Assembly (NCBI GenBank): GCA_012295275.1
Contig: CM022670.1
Coordinates: forward strand, 26,970,001 to 27,034,000
Direction: 5' to 3'
Length of the DNA: 64,000 bases
Source: Chrysomallon squamiferum
Lineage: Eukaryota > Animalia > Mollusca
Positions 12,975 through 25,729 of the stretch are shown here, piece after piece. The notes beneath the pieces are model-generated. The model searched no databases. It was not told the DNA's origin and was given only the letters and a program-made list of their open reading frames with translations. Numbering within the stretch: the stretch's first letter is position 1; every line of letters starts with the position of its first letter. Position numbers and translations under genes: made by a program.

Positions 12975-15900
12975 ATTATTTTTTTTACCATACATAAAAA
13001 ATTATGTGTATTTTGTCATTTTTATTTATTTTATATATTATTATTATTTATTTATTTATTTAAATATTTTTGTTTTTTTTCTTTATTTTTTTAACATGAG
13101 TAATCATAGAATTATGTTTTTATTTAATAACCACAGATGTTACAGTTCCAGTTTCCAAATATTATTATTATTATTTTTATCACAGATCCCTCATCTGTTG
13201 CAGTATTCAATTACTGTTTTAGTTCTTACCATCAGTAGCCCTAAGATTAAATTTAGTGATTGTTAGACATGACAATGATGTGATATTTGCAAATAGTCAT
13301 GATGGGTATATGTTGCAGTGATATATTACTGTATTTGGTTGTTGTTTTAGTTCATATAACATCCACAACTGTAAGATTAAATTTAATGATTGTTAGACAT
13401 GTGATATTTGAAAATTTCTCCATTTATGTATATGTTGAAAGGATATACTGCAGTATCCAGTTATTATTTTAGTTCTTAATGTCAATAGCCCTGTGATTCA
13501 ATTTAATGATCATTACACACAAAGTCATAATTGAAAATATTCTCCATTTATGTATATGTTGAAAGGATATACTGCAGTATTCAGTTATTATTTTAGTTCT
13601 TAATGTCAATAGCCCTATGATTCAATTTAATGATCATTACACACAAAGTCATAATTGAAAATATTCTCCATTTATGTATATGTTGAAAGGATATACTGCG
13701 GTATTCAGTTATTATTTTAGTTCTTAATGTCAATAGCCCTGTGATTCAATTTAATGATCATTACATCCGAAGTCATAATGAAAATATTCTCCTTTTACAT
13801 ACATATATGTGTGTGTGTGTGTGTGTGTGTTGAAAGGATACACTACAGTATTCAGTTATTGTTTTAGTTTCTTAATCAGTAACCCTGTGATTAAATTTAA
13901 TGATAGACATGAAGTGATATGTGTATGTTACAGGGTCTGAACAGACTGGCTGCCATAGCTCTGTTGTTCCTGTGTGAAGAAGAAGCGTTCTGGTGTCTTG
14001 TTGCAATAGTTGAACACATTCTACCTGAGGATTACTTCACAAAGACACTAGCTGCAGCTCAGGCAGATCAGGTAATTAGACTTTTTTATACCTCCATTAT
14101 TACTGTTGTTATTATTGTTTTATGTTGCTCAGTTTGCTTCTGGATCATTTGTATATCAAATAATACAAAGATCTATAATTTTTATTATTAATAAATATAT
14201 TAATCTTTTAATTTTTTTTATTTTTTTTCCCCTGGCTATTGCTGTATTTTTGTCTTTAGCATGTAAAAAAAAATCCAACTTTTCTGTCTTCTTCCATATT
14301 AACAATAATTTTGTAGTTAATAAATTATATCAAATTAGGAATTCTGTAAGTTTCTGCAGTAGAAGTTATTTGATTACAAAACCCCTGAACAAATACAATT
14401 GCAAATTTAAGTTAAACAATTTTTGATACTACTACCTATTTTTTTTCTGTCACCAGGCTTATTTCCACTGAATGTAAACAAAAATATATTTACACAGAGA
14501 CACCAATATATAGTTAACATATTTTTATTTTCTAGTTAAAGAATCAAAATAGTGAAAATATTCTAGCATTTATGCTTAAATGAAATGTCTTTTTTTTATA
14601 TTCTGCAATTTACTGTAGTATTGTTATTCTTTTACTTTTTCACTTTTTTTATTTTTTGTGTTCCAGAGGGTATTGAAAGATCTGGTGCAGGAGAAACTAC
14701 CAAAATTGTATACACATTTGGAATCTAATGAAGTCGATCTATCACTGTTTACCTTCAACTGGTTCCTCACAATATTTGTGGATGGAGTTCCTCCAGAGAC
14801 TTTCCTTAGAGTCTGGGATGCATTTCTTTATGAAGGAAGCAAGGTGCAAAAACTTGACTACAAAACAGTAGTTATTCATGAGCTTATATAGAAAACAATT
14901 GTATCAAATATAGACATTACTTTGACATCCATCTAAACATAGACACTATAGCTGTATCCTGTAATGTAAAAACCTATATAAATACACTTGTACACATACA
15001 CTTGTATACTTTACATTAATAGTATTATATAGTTAATGCTATAAATATTTTTATTGTTCATATTTCCTTAGGTATTGTTTCGTTTTGCCATTGCCTTCTT
15101 GAAGTATGCTGAAGAAGATATACTACAACAAAACGGTACTTTTCATGTCAACAGATACATGAGAATAATTGGTGAAAAGATGGTCAGTGCTAAAGCCATA
15201 GCAAGGGTAAGACAGTAACTTCAAGCAGCTTTTACTGTTACTTAAATTTAATAAATTACATTTTTTTCACTAAAGATATCAGTCTTTGAAATCAGCAGAC
15301 GTTTTTAATTTAAAAATGATTAAACTAACTACTAAGTCATAAAAATATAGCTAGTTATTCAACAAAACTAAGCATTAAGAATTATAACATTTCTATGGTT
15401 ACTGGTTATGTATGTATAAATAAAAGTATAATTCCGTTCCTTTGCTGCTGATGTTTTTTTTTTTTTTATTTATGAAAACAAGAAATAACTATCACAGTCT
15501 TTGATATTCACATACACGATGATTTTTTTTTTTTTTTTTGGTTTGTTATCTCCAACATGGAACTGGGTTTATCTGTAAGGTTTTTCATATTCAGTTTCAG
15601 ATAAATATTTAAAACATTCAACAAATATTTTATTAATTTTTAGAATATTAATCCAACCTTTTTTTTATATTATTGTTTGCATTATATAAAAAAATTATCT
15701 TGTATAATCACATAGGCATGTGTATTCCTTTTGTATGATCATATCTGTTGAAACAACAATATTATTTTAAAGGTAACATCCAAAATATGTGTAAAATAAA
15801 TCTGAAGATTTTTATATTTCTTTTAACTTTCCAGATTGCTTTTCATTATCTGAATCCATTCCCAATGAAAAACATTGCAGCAAAACGACAAACTCACCTT

Positions 15901-16218
15901 CAACAGGTTAAGGTAAGTTTATGAGAAGGCTTTTTTTTTAAATGTTTATATCATTTCATTAAAATGATTTTATTTTTAAGGAATTTGGCTTTGCCATTTA
16001 TATTTATATTCCTTTTAACAAATCTTTTTCTGTTGTGTTAAAATGAAGTTATTTTTTAACTCACTATAGTGTTAAGTATAGTTTTTTTTTTTTTTTTTAC
16101 TGATATTAATGAAAATAATTTTAATTTGCTAAAAATTGTCCATTATTTCATTTACAACAATTTGGTTTATTCATTGTTTTCCATCTTCCCTTGTTTTAAA
16201 TTACCATTGTTTGTATCC

Positions 16219-16254
<36 letters not shown>

Positions 16255-16510
16255 TTATTATGTTTATGTCTTAGCAGTGTAGTTGGGTGCAGATTGTGTC
16301 TGGTATATAAAAATGAATTTAAAAAAAGGACTATTAAATAACATAATTTTACATACTGTTTGTATTTCTGTTCAGGCTGAACTTGAAGAACTGGATGCAA
16401 TCCGTCAAGATTTCAAAAGTCAGTGTATTCCTGAAGATCGACTTGAGTACTACAGTGAGGACGATGACGACTCTAAATCTGACAAGTCAGAAACAGGGCA
16501 GTCATCATGA
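16..16510 (+). CDS. TBC1D2B: TBC1 domain family member 2/2B-like Rab GTPase-activating protein; 5'-partial (upstream exons outside window)
   Basis: Phase-consistent GT-AG exons: 16-235, 533-639, 1000-1085, 8988-9096, 9493-9610, 10092-10237, 11384-11498, 11995-12126, 13934-14071, 14667-14843, 15072-15206, 15835-15912, 16376-16510 (TGA). Translation has the TBC1D2-type coiled coil (YELQNKFLTKEILELNQLR...YLFLLKEIQMPV), YDRYGF, KWENFM, LVRSGIPHEHREQIW, the R-finger IELDLLRT, the Q-finger GYCQGLN, and FNWFLTIF/LRVWDAFLYEGSKVLFR. TBC1D2 vs TBC1D2B cannot be separated in an invertebrate. Confidence 0.92.
1253..1278 (+). CDS. Candidate 26-nt alternative microexon of the TBC1D2-like gene
   Basis: catatag|AGGCTGGTCTGGAAGCGAGTTGGCAG|gtattg. 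Phase 1 in, phase 0 out, reads (E)AGLEASWQ. It preserves frame only together with 3943-3967. Confidence 0.45.
3943..3967 (+). CDS. Candidate 25-nt alternative microexon of the TBC1D2-like gene
   Basis: tgcatgcttgcttgcttttacag|GCTATAGGCCATAGCTGTTGCAAAG|gtgcat. Phase 0 in, phase 1 out, reads AIGHSCCK. UGC-rich acceptor region. Confidence 0.45.
6536..6646 (+). CDS. Candidate 111-nt symmetric cassette exon of the TBC1D2-like gene
   Basis: tttgacctaaaag|GT...TTGG|gtaaga. Phase 1-1, matching the flanking exons; open frame GAGTYVNPVRLARSRRRCYSLSACDKLERTESYIRKL; GC-richer than the surrounding intron. Confidence 0.6.
9781..10040. repeat. Compound (TTTTG)n/(TTTA)n/(TTA)n microsatellite
   Basis: Directly visible; explains the spurious F/Y/L/I-rich ORFs. 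Confidence 0.95.
13195..13920. repeat. Intronic minisatellite, ~124-bp unit, ~6 copies
   Basis: Unit core 'ggatatactgc.gtat.cagttattattttagttcttaatgtcaatagccct' recurs at 13441, 13565 and 13689 (period 124). Degenerate copies lie near 13200, 13320 and 13836, the last with a (TG)n insertion. Confidence 0.9.
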
Positions 16511-19500
16511 TGTAAAACAGCTGTCTGTCTGTCAAGTGCTCACACAGATTACATCAATTCACTGATAATACCTGTAGTGACGATATATTCATATTTCTCT
16601 TCTTTTTTTAGAAAATTTATTTTTATATAACATATATTCATTACATTCCTCAGCATTACTGTTGATAGAGTAAAAAATTTATTTTTAATATATTTGAAAA
16701 TGTTAAATGTATTTTGTTATATCTGTTATGTTATAGTTGTTAATGAGTATCATTGAGTGATACACTTTTTGGACAAACTTTTATTCTATCATATTTGATG
16801 GCTTGTCAGTTTATGCAAATATAATGACTGGGCCTTTGAACAGGCATTTCTCCAAATTTGTCCAAATTATGATCTGATGTTCTGCATATGTAGGTTGCCA
16901 TTCTGAGAATACCATCTGATATCTGACATAATAACTTATAGTACAAGATATATTTAGTAGAACAAAACTGGTTGAAAACTCACCTATGTTCACTCAGTGT
17001 TACATAACAGTAATGCTGTAGATTTTAATTAATTTAAATATTTCAACTTGTCATTCAGCCATATGTGATCTTGAATAACCTTTTGAACTTAACTATAATA
17101 ATTGAACTGAGTAAGACAATATTTAACTGTCAATTAATTATTATGCATCCTAATTCATCATTCAAAAAACATTAACAAGCATGCAAATTAGCTAAAGCCT
17201 GTTCATCTGGGTTATTTCATTTAACTTTGAAGAGGTCAGTAAGTACTATTTGTATATAAATATAAACATAGTTAATGATTCAAACAAAACAATATATTTT
17301 TACTTGATAATGACTTGATTTGATTTAATAGGTCAAATTGATTAATTTTCATACAAGTATTTTGTAAGTGTGACGTTATTTATTTAATTGACATTAAAAA
17401 AATAAACTATGTTTTAAGAAGATTAGTTATTACTTTCGTACATTCATGAGTAATAACTTTTTTATGGAATTTTCTTATGTTCCTGAAATCTTCTTATTCC
17501 ACAATGACTATTCCAAATCATATTCCTGATTTATGTTCTTTTTTCTGAAAGTCAAAGTCACGTTGCTGCATTTTTAGTTCACCTATCACAATAAAATATT
17601 AGTTCCAGTGGAATGCATTAAATTCTAAAGTTATTTTTTTTAATCAGGGGTTTCTATTATTATTTATATAAAATCTTTAATGTACATGCAGATAATGTGT
17701 GGTATGGTCAGTATAATACAATTTTAAAATCTTTGTAATTATATTTTAAACAGGTTGTAAGCTTTAATTTAGTAAAATGTGATATGTATCAACTTAATTA
17801 AGAAATATATGTTCCTAGAAAGAAAATAAATTTAGTCATGTGATTTAAATGGATGAATATTAATTATAAAAACTGAATATTTAATAGTAGTTGTTGAATA
17901 TGTAGTTAATATTTTGTATTCAGTCATACCCATGAAAACTTTCCCAAACATTTACTTAGTAGATTGAGTAATTGTTGAACTGTTATTAATCTTTCATGTG
18001 TATATGTTACTTATTTATATTAACACACCATTTTACATGTGGCATTAAAAAGATGTTTTAATGATTATAATTTACACATAATCATGAAATTTGTTTTGCG
18101 TTTATGTCTGTGCATGAATATTTAACTGCATTTAATGTGTTTGGAATTATATACTACAATAAATGAACTGTGATTTCTGAAGACAATCAACTTCCATTTT
18201 TTGTATTTTAATCATTAACAAGCAGTAACTGATAAAATACTCTTTGTTTATGCAAAATTTTAGTTAGAGTATTACTTGTGCTTGATAAAATAAATTAAAT
18301 CAGTCTAATGTAGTATAGAAAGCTAACAAGCTTATTTATTACTGGATACTTATAATTTTTTTAATTTATTGTGGTTCTTTTTTATTATTAATTATATTTA
18401 TCGTTATTTACTCATTATTTATTTATTTATTGTTTATTACTTTATTATTTAATTACATATTTATCTCTGTTTATGCCCTTATTATTACTATTTATTTGTC
18501 TGTGTTGTCTCCCTTCTGTTTTAACTACACACACACACACACAATAATAAAAATAATAGATATTCCTTACTGATTATTTAGTAGATCCAATGAGGATAAT
18601 TTGATTGTGTTCTAATTTTTGTTTGTTTGTTTTATTTTTAATTGTTATAATATTTTGTTTACTTGTTTTAATCTTTGGAATGGGAATGAGGGTACAGCTC
18701 TTTGTTTTTAATGATTGTTTTTTTTACTTCATGATCTTTGAATTAAGAATTCCTATTATGTTTTATTATTTTTGAGAATTTTTTTTTTTTAATCAGGATG
18801 TTTTCTTGTCTTATATTCAGAAATTCTTTCTCATGATTTCAGTGTAATCTTTATATATATATATATATATAAAATGTTTTTTTTTGTTGTTGTTTTTTTT
18901 ACTATGTTACAGGCTTACAATGAGTCCATTGGCTATATTATATTTTTTTATTATTTTTTTTTTTGTCAATAAGATATATTTTATTGTAACCTGTAGTACT
19001 TTGCTTGCTCTGTAATATAAAGTATGAAAAATATTTGATTTTTTTCAAGGGAAAATTCCGAATTTTGGTTCTGCCTTCTGCTGATACAACTGTTTCCATT
19101 GGTTTTCCCTCCATAATTTGCCTGTCTCAACTATAATACAGGACCAGTTTAGAACAGAGCTTTAGATTCCCAGTATATATATATATCCACAGTAAATAAA
19201 TACTGAAAACAATGTATATTCAGTTGTGCATTTTAAAATGGTTTTGATTATTATTCTTTGTCATTGTTTATTTATTTATGGACATTTAAAAGCTTAAAGA
19301 ATACAACATGAAATTTAAATAAGCTAAATGCACATAGTGGCCTTTGATAGATGAATGACTGCATTTAACTAAAAATATCCTTGAATATACAATTAATTTT
19401 ACCTCTGAATGTTACATACTTTCTTTTTGTTGCAGAGTTTGATTGAAGCAGAGGAATTATATGTTTAATTGCAAAAGGGTAATTAGCCAGAATTTTATGC

Positions 19501-20104
19501 AGCGTTTTTCTGTTTACTTGATGAAATTTTCTTGTGAATAAAAAATAAGTTTTGGTTTACATGATTCCATTTGCTACTTCAAGTCTAACGATATTATTAT
19601 GAAAGATTCTGAATGGTGACTGTGATAAAAGCAAAGGTAAATAGACATTAACAGTTTGTACCCTGGACTTACTAGATTACAAGGTGAACTCTTGATATTT
19701 ATCACTTTTGAACTATCACATTATCTCAGATATTAAGGCCAGGGAAATTGTTGTTTTGCATATTCTACCCATATTTATGGAGATTCTTCAACTTTAAGGA
19801 AACAAAACCATTGTAAAAAATGTTAGGGTAAGATATGTAAATTAGTTAATGCTTATTTGTTATTTTATAATGTAATTTGATTAGTGGGCAAACTAAAAAT
19901 TAGCACTGGTCTGGTAATCAATTCTAGTCTTTGACTTGGAAATAAAATCTTTTATGCACTGTGCATGTACAGCCAAACAAATTATAAATTATGGAAACAA
20001 ATTTAGAACAGTATCTTATCATTGCAAAATTTTATTACAAAGAATAATAAATCAATTCTTGAAAAAATTAGTGGAAAAAAAAAATTTGAATCCTACAGCT
20101 TTTA

Positions 20105-20693
20105 CCATATATACTTGTGTACAAGGCGACCTTATGTATAAGTCGATGTGTATTTTAAGACCAAAAATTGCGTCATTTTAGGTATTACTTGTGTATAAGT
20201 CGACTGTAGATTCCAGGCACCGTCACTTTGTTTTCGATAGTGGCTATTAATGACGATTGCAATATTATTTCACCAAATTCTTTACAATTATACAAGTGAG
20301 TTTTGTTTATGAAATTAGGACTGATATTTAGTGCAATTTGGCAGAGAAGTGTGCATTCCTAGATCATTGCAAGACGCCATAAGGCATAACACTGTACTGA
20401 TGGTTTTCTCGCTTTAAAATGTATTTTTTTTGTCATTTAACGGAAGAATATCATGTTTTACATTCATATTTGGTTTTGTTATTTAATTTTTGAAAAAATT
20501 TTATACGATAAAATTATATTTTTGAAAAGCTGAAAGACCGCGATTATTTTAGATGCATCCTGTAGTAAAAAATAGTCAAAATGGCGACTCTTCGGCAACA
20601 GCTACAAAAGCATTAACTATGTATAAGTCGACCCCCAAAATATTACCTTAATATAGTCTCCCAAAAATTCGACTTATACACAAGTATATATGG
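20105..20693. mobile_element. Non-autonomous Tc1/mariner-superfamily (Tc2/pogo-type) MITE
   Basis: TIRs CCATATATACTTGTGTACAAGGCGA (left) and TCGACTTATACACAAGTATATATGG (right), 2 mismatches. TA on both sides (20103-20104, 20694-20695). Internal GTATAAGTCGA copies near 20136, 20193 and 20621. No transposase ORF. Confidence 0.85.
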
Positions 20694-22757
20694 TAAGCCT
20701 TATTCACTGACAAAATGATACTTTTTGAAAGATATAACAATTTCATATGTAATAAAGAGATTTTATTTAAATTTGTTGTAACATTTTTATAATTAGCTGA
20801 CAGATAATACCATTCTTCAGGTTCTGGATATTTAAATTGGTTTTAACTTTTTTATCATAACCAAGTCATTATGAAATTTAGACATTTTAACTGATGAACA
20901 GGGAAGTAATTTGTTGATGAGGAAAAATAATTTTATTTAATAAATTTAAAATTTAGTTAATAATCATAGGGAACAAATTTCCCTCTTGATGTGAGTGATC
21001 ATCTTTTTATCATTCCTGTTAACTGTATGCAGTATTATATAATGTCAGAGTGTGATATTGCCTTTATATTTAAATGATGTATTAAATGTAAATAGTAGCA
21101 TACTTTGAAGTTTCAGTTTAATGTTATTTACAATACTGATTGTAAAATAATATTTACCACACCCCATATTGATAATGTACAAAATTATTTTAGAAACTTT
21201 TAATAACAAAAAATTTATATAACATATTTTATAAATGTTTGAAATAGTGTCATATTGTTTTTTTTAAATAAACCATCTGAAAAGAAAAGTTGAATTTGTT
21301 GTTTTTAAAAATGAAGTAGAAGAAAAGAATCATTGATGATTTTGTTAATAAATGAATGAAGAAAGAAAGGAATATTTAATGACACTTCTACACATTTTAA
21401 TGTTATAAAATTTCAGTCACACTTCATTAGTGTATTCTGAAGATTAGTGACAGAAAAAATACCACTAACAAAAAAGCTCACACAATCTTTGAAACCCAGC
21501 TTGTGAGCATTGCCTGGATTATACTGTATATCTTTTTAGTAAGCATCTTAAAGTGTATTTGAACTTTAAAACTAAATGCATTTTGTTCATTTCCCAATTA
21601 TTGTTACACTCAAATTTGTTTTCAAGTTCTGCTTTTAATAATGTGTAACAACTAAAATAAGAAACCTGAGTTCACTAAGGCTGTCATTTTCCTTTTTTTT
21701 ACATCATACTTCCTCGTAATGTCTAACATTCCAGTAACTGAATTCTTTCTTAACTGGAATTATAAAAATAATAATATTATTTTAATTACTAACCTGAATT
21801 GTTGACTCCGAAGAAACCTTCAAAAAATTAAAAGATTCTTTTTTAACAGACTTTTGAAATCCACCATTGTGTATACAAATATGTAGGCATACAGCCATCA
21901 TCACATTACACAAATTACATCGACAAACACGTTACAGCACAACATAAACTGAAGAAATAGTTTCCTAGTCTTATTTACATAATGTAACCCACTGCGTGAT
22001 TTAATGTTGTGCAGTAAAAGGACCATCAACAGCAGAACATGAAATACACCAATTTTTAAAATTATTTTAATTACACTGGTCATTTCAGGCAATTAGCTGA
22101 TTACAATAATTAAAATCTTTGTTACATCTGTTTGTTTAAAGATTATCATTTTACAAATAAAGTAAGATTTTCTTTCATGGACAAATGATATAATGGAAAT
22201 GGTTATCAAATACAACATTGTATTGTTTCTATCAGAAATCAGTGTTACCTGAATTAATCTTATTCAACCATGATTACAATTAAATATGATCGTCTAAACA
22301 TTACTGTTATTAAAATTATTTTAAAATTATTTTCACACTACACTTATTTCAGCGGATCCCACGAATGGAAATAAACTAATGTTTGCCATATTTTTTTGTT
22401 TTTCCTCTTTATACTGCTTGTACTAATCTTACATGGCAGATACCATTACAGATATCTGTACATATGTCATACCATGCATTAAAATAATCTACTTCCTTTA
22501 ATCACCATGTTGGATTCCCACAATAGAAACAAATATGGCACCACTTATTCCCCTCCCTAGTTTAGGTTTAGGTTACATTTGCCAAATTACAAGACATATT
22601 TACATTCTCAGATCTTTTTAATGAAAGAAATGTTTCTAAATGCAATTTACAAACACAATGCAATAGGTTAAAATAAGGAGGCAGTAAATATGGATGACTG
22701 CTATGAAATAGTTATGAAGTATGTTTTGTTGTGATGTTAATTAAGATGCACTGATGT

Positions 22758-23038
22758 TCAGTCATCAACTCTGTCGACATCACTAAAATCATGTGACAGA
22801 GGTTTCTGAGCTCCAGATGTAGCTAACGCATCAGCAGCTTCATTTCCTAGATTCCCTGCGTGGCCTCGGACGTAGATCTGTAGTGTGAATGGAAATACAT
22901 ACATTAAATATCACAATGAAGAAATTACTGATTCATTTAGTTATTATTATTAATAACACTGCAAAATATTTTGTATTAATAGTTATTATAATATTGGAAA
23001 TGGCTTAAAGCATACTGTTTATTTTATTACATTGTCTG

Positions 23039-23070
<32 letters not shown>

Positions 23071-25698
23071 TAAACTACAAATTATTTAGAACTGACAATT
23101 TCTAAATTTGTTAAATTAACAGAAGTAAAACCATACAACTTCAATTTTGTAAAGGGACATAACTCTGACTTTGTCTAACTGATAAAAACTGTGTAAAACG
23201 TCATGGGCAAAATTACTTGTAGCTATTAAATAAAAAATTTAAAAGTACACTTAAATACTTATTTAAATGTTTAAATATGAAAAATATAAATCAAATAACA
23301 AGCAACATACCCATTTAATATTCATGTCTTTTAAAGCAGCTTCCAACTGTTCAAAATCTATTCTGTTTATAACTGGTTTGCCTGTAGTCAGAGTCCAGTT
23401 ATTTTTCTTCCACCCCTTAATCCATTTAGTGATACCTGTAATGACACACACACTTTTATCTAACCCTAGTACAAATAAAGAAGTAGTTCATTTATATAAT
23501 ACAAAATTAAAACTGGTTAAGTTGCAAAATGTTACAGTCAAAATCCAGCTGAAAGCTTCTAGCACATAATTATTACAACTAGGAAAATATTAGAAGCTAG
23601 ACAAATATTATAAATGGTGATACATAAGAAAACACATTCATAGAGTTTATGCTAGAAAAAATTCACTAAGTAATGTTTGTTTTGTCTTGATGTTGTTGTA
23701 TTTTAATTTTAAATACTTATATAATCAAATACTCAACACATTTTCAGTAATCAGTATATTACTTATAATTAATTAATATACTTACTGTTTATCAAGAACA
23801 TACTGTCTGTATAAAGTATAAGATTTTTTATTCCCATCTCCTTTGCTTGTTCCACTGCTTTTCTGGCTGCCTGAAAACAATAAATAAAATCAACATTAAC
23901 ACAAAATTATTTATTTTTTTAAAAGTTATTGTTATGAATTTAAAAACATTTTGAAACAGTTTTCTGAGAAAAATACAAAATGTCTAATCTGTAACAAAAA
24001 TTCAAAACATCTTTGGTAAAATTACTTTTAAGAGAATTATCAGGGTTGTTTTGGAACAGACACAATATAGTAATAAGAAGATGTCTTCCTAAGCCTGAAA
24101 AATCAACATTATATTTTATGTCAATTTTTTATTAGGTTATGTTAAAATGTTAAATGAAAATATTATTAGTTTTCAGAAACCCATAACAGACACATTAACT
24201 AATGTAAAGATTAGATTACATATACGTCTTCTTATCATGCAATAGATTATATGATTCTTATTAGAAATATGTGGTAAATACTTTGAAAATATAAATGATC
24301 TTACATGAATTTCAGCCCTATTGTTTGTTGGTCTTCCTTTAAGTCTTTCACTTATGTTACTGGAGTAAAGGAAAATTAATATAAATGTACAAAAAAAATA
24401 ATATACACACTGCAATCGTGAATCATATTCATACTCAACACAACATACTACACAACAAAAATACATTTATACAAGCCGAAGTTGCAAAATTATAATGACT
24501 GTATGTACACATAATCATAAAATGATAACACTTTACTCCTTTTCTGGGCAAGGGATCTTTTACAACCTTCATCCCACAAACATGATAGTATATACCATGC
24601 TATTTGTTCCCCGAACTGCAGAGCACTGATTGAAATAGGAAACATCCACCAAGAAGGATAGATCCAACAAACCACATCAATTTGAGTGGCTGCTTTACCA
24701 CTCAGCTACATCATCATACACAAATGGTGGATTATACAATGTAATGAATCCCTTCTGATTTAAATAGATGAATCATACTTTTCACTTCCAGGTCCCCAGT
24801 AAACTCCAATTCCAGCTCTGGCTCCATATTTGCCATTAGCTGTACATGCTCCATCAGTGTAAACTGCTACTCCTTCAGACTCATCAAATCTGTGTCCTGG
24901 TAACATAAATTATTATTTTATTTTTTTTTTTATTATGCAAACAAAATAAAGAAAACTGTATCAAAAATAAATTAAAATTTCTATTACTCATTATTATGTT
25001 AGAGATTAATCAAAGAAACTCCAAATATATTTCACTAATTATTTTCATAAAATATTTTACTTTAAAATATCTGATAAAAGCAGCAGATTATAATTTAAAA
25101 GTTTATCTTCACTAAAATATTTATCTTTATTAATGTTTTCAGAACAAAAGTTAATGACAAGTTACGAACAAAACCTCACCTGTCCAATGTTCTTCATCAT
25201 CGTCAACTTTAAGCTTTTTTACATCTGATTTCGGCCCAACTGGATAAGGCCCATCAGTAAAAGATCTCTTTAGAGGAGTCCGTTTTCTTGCACTTCCTCC
25301 ATTAGTATCAGAAAACTGATAGAAAGAATCAGAACTTGAAGAAGAGGAAAATGTTCTGCCATTTACAGCTGATGCAAGCTTCTCCAGATGGTTTAGCTGC
25401 TTCTTCATGGTATCAAATGTTGATGACATCATCTCCATCTGACTCTGAAGAGTCTGTGCTGTTAATTTCACTGATGTGATAGCATCACTGAAAGCCTGTT
25501 TATCCCATTCTGACATGCTGGAGGTTTCTAGATTTTGTGTGTTACCTGACGATCCACTGCTGTAACTTTTTGCAGATGCTGTTTGATATAAAAACAATGA
25601 ATTAAAATTGTGTGACAAAAAAGTATTGATTGGTTTGGGGTTTTTTTGGTTCTGTTTTCACAAAGATTTATATATGATTATAAGATTATGGTTGTTCT

Positions 25699-25729
<31 letters not shown>

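Noticed and set aside
16508-16630. Stop-codon readthrough of the TBC1D2-like gene
   Set aside because: TGA-T is not the leaky TGA-CTAG context, and the downstream frame looks like AT-rich UTR.
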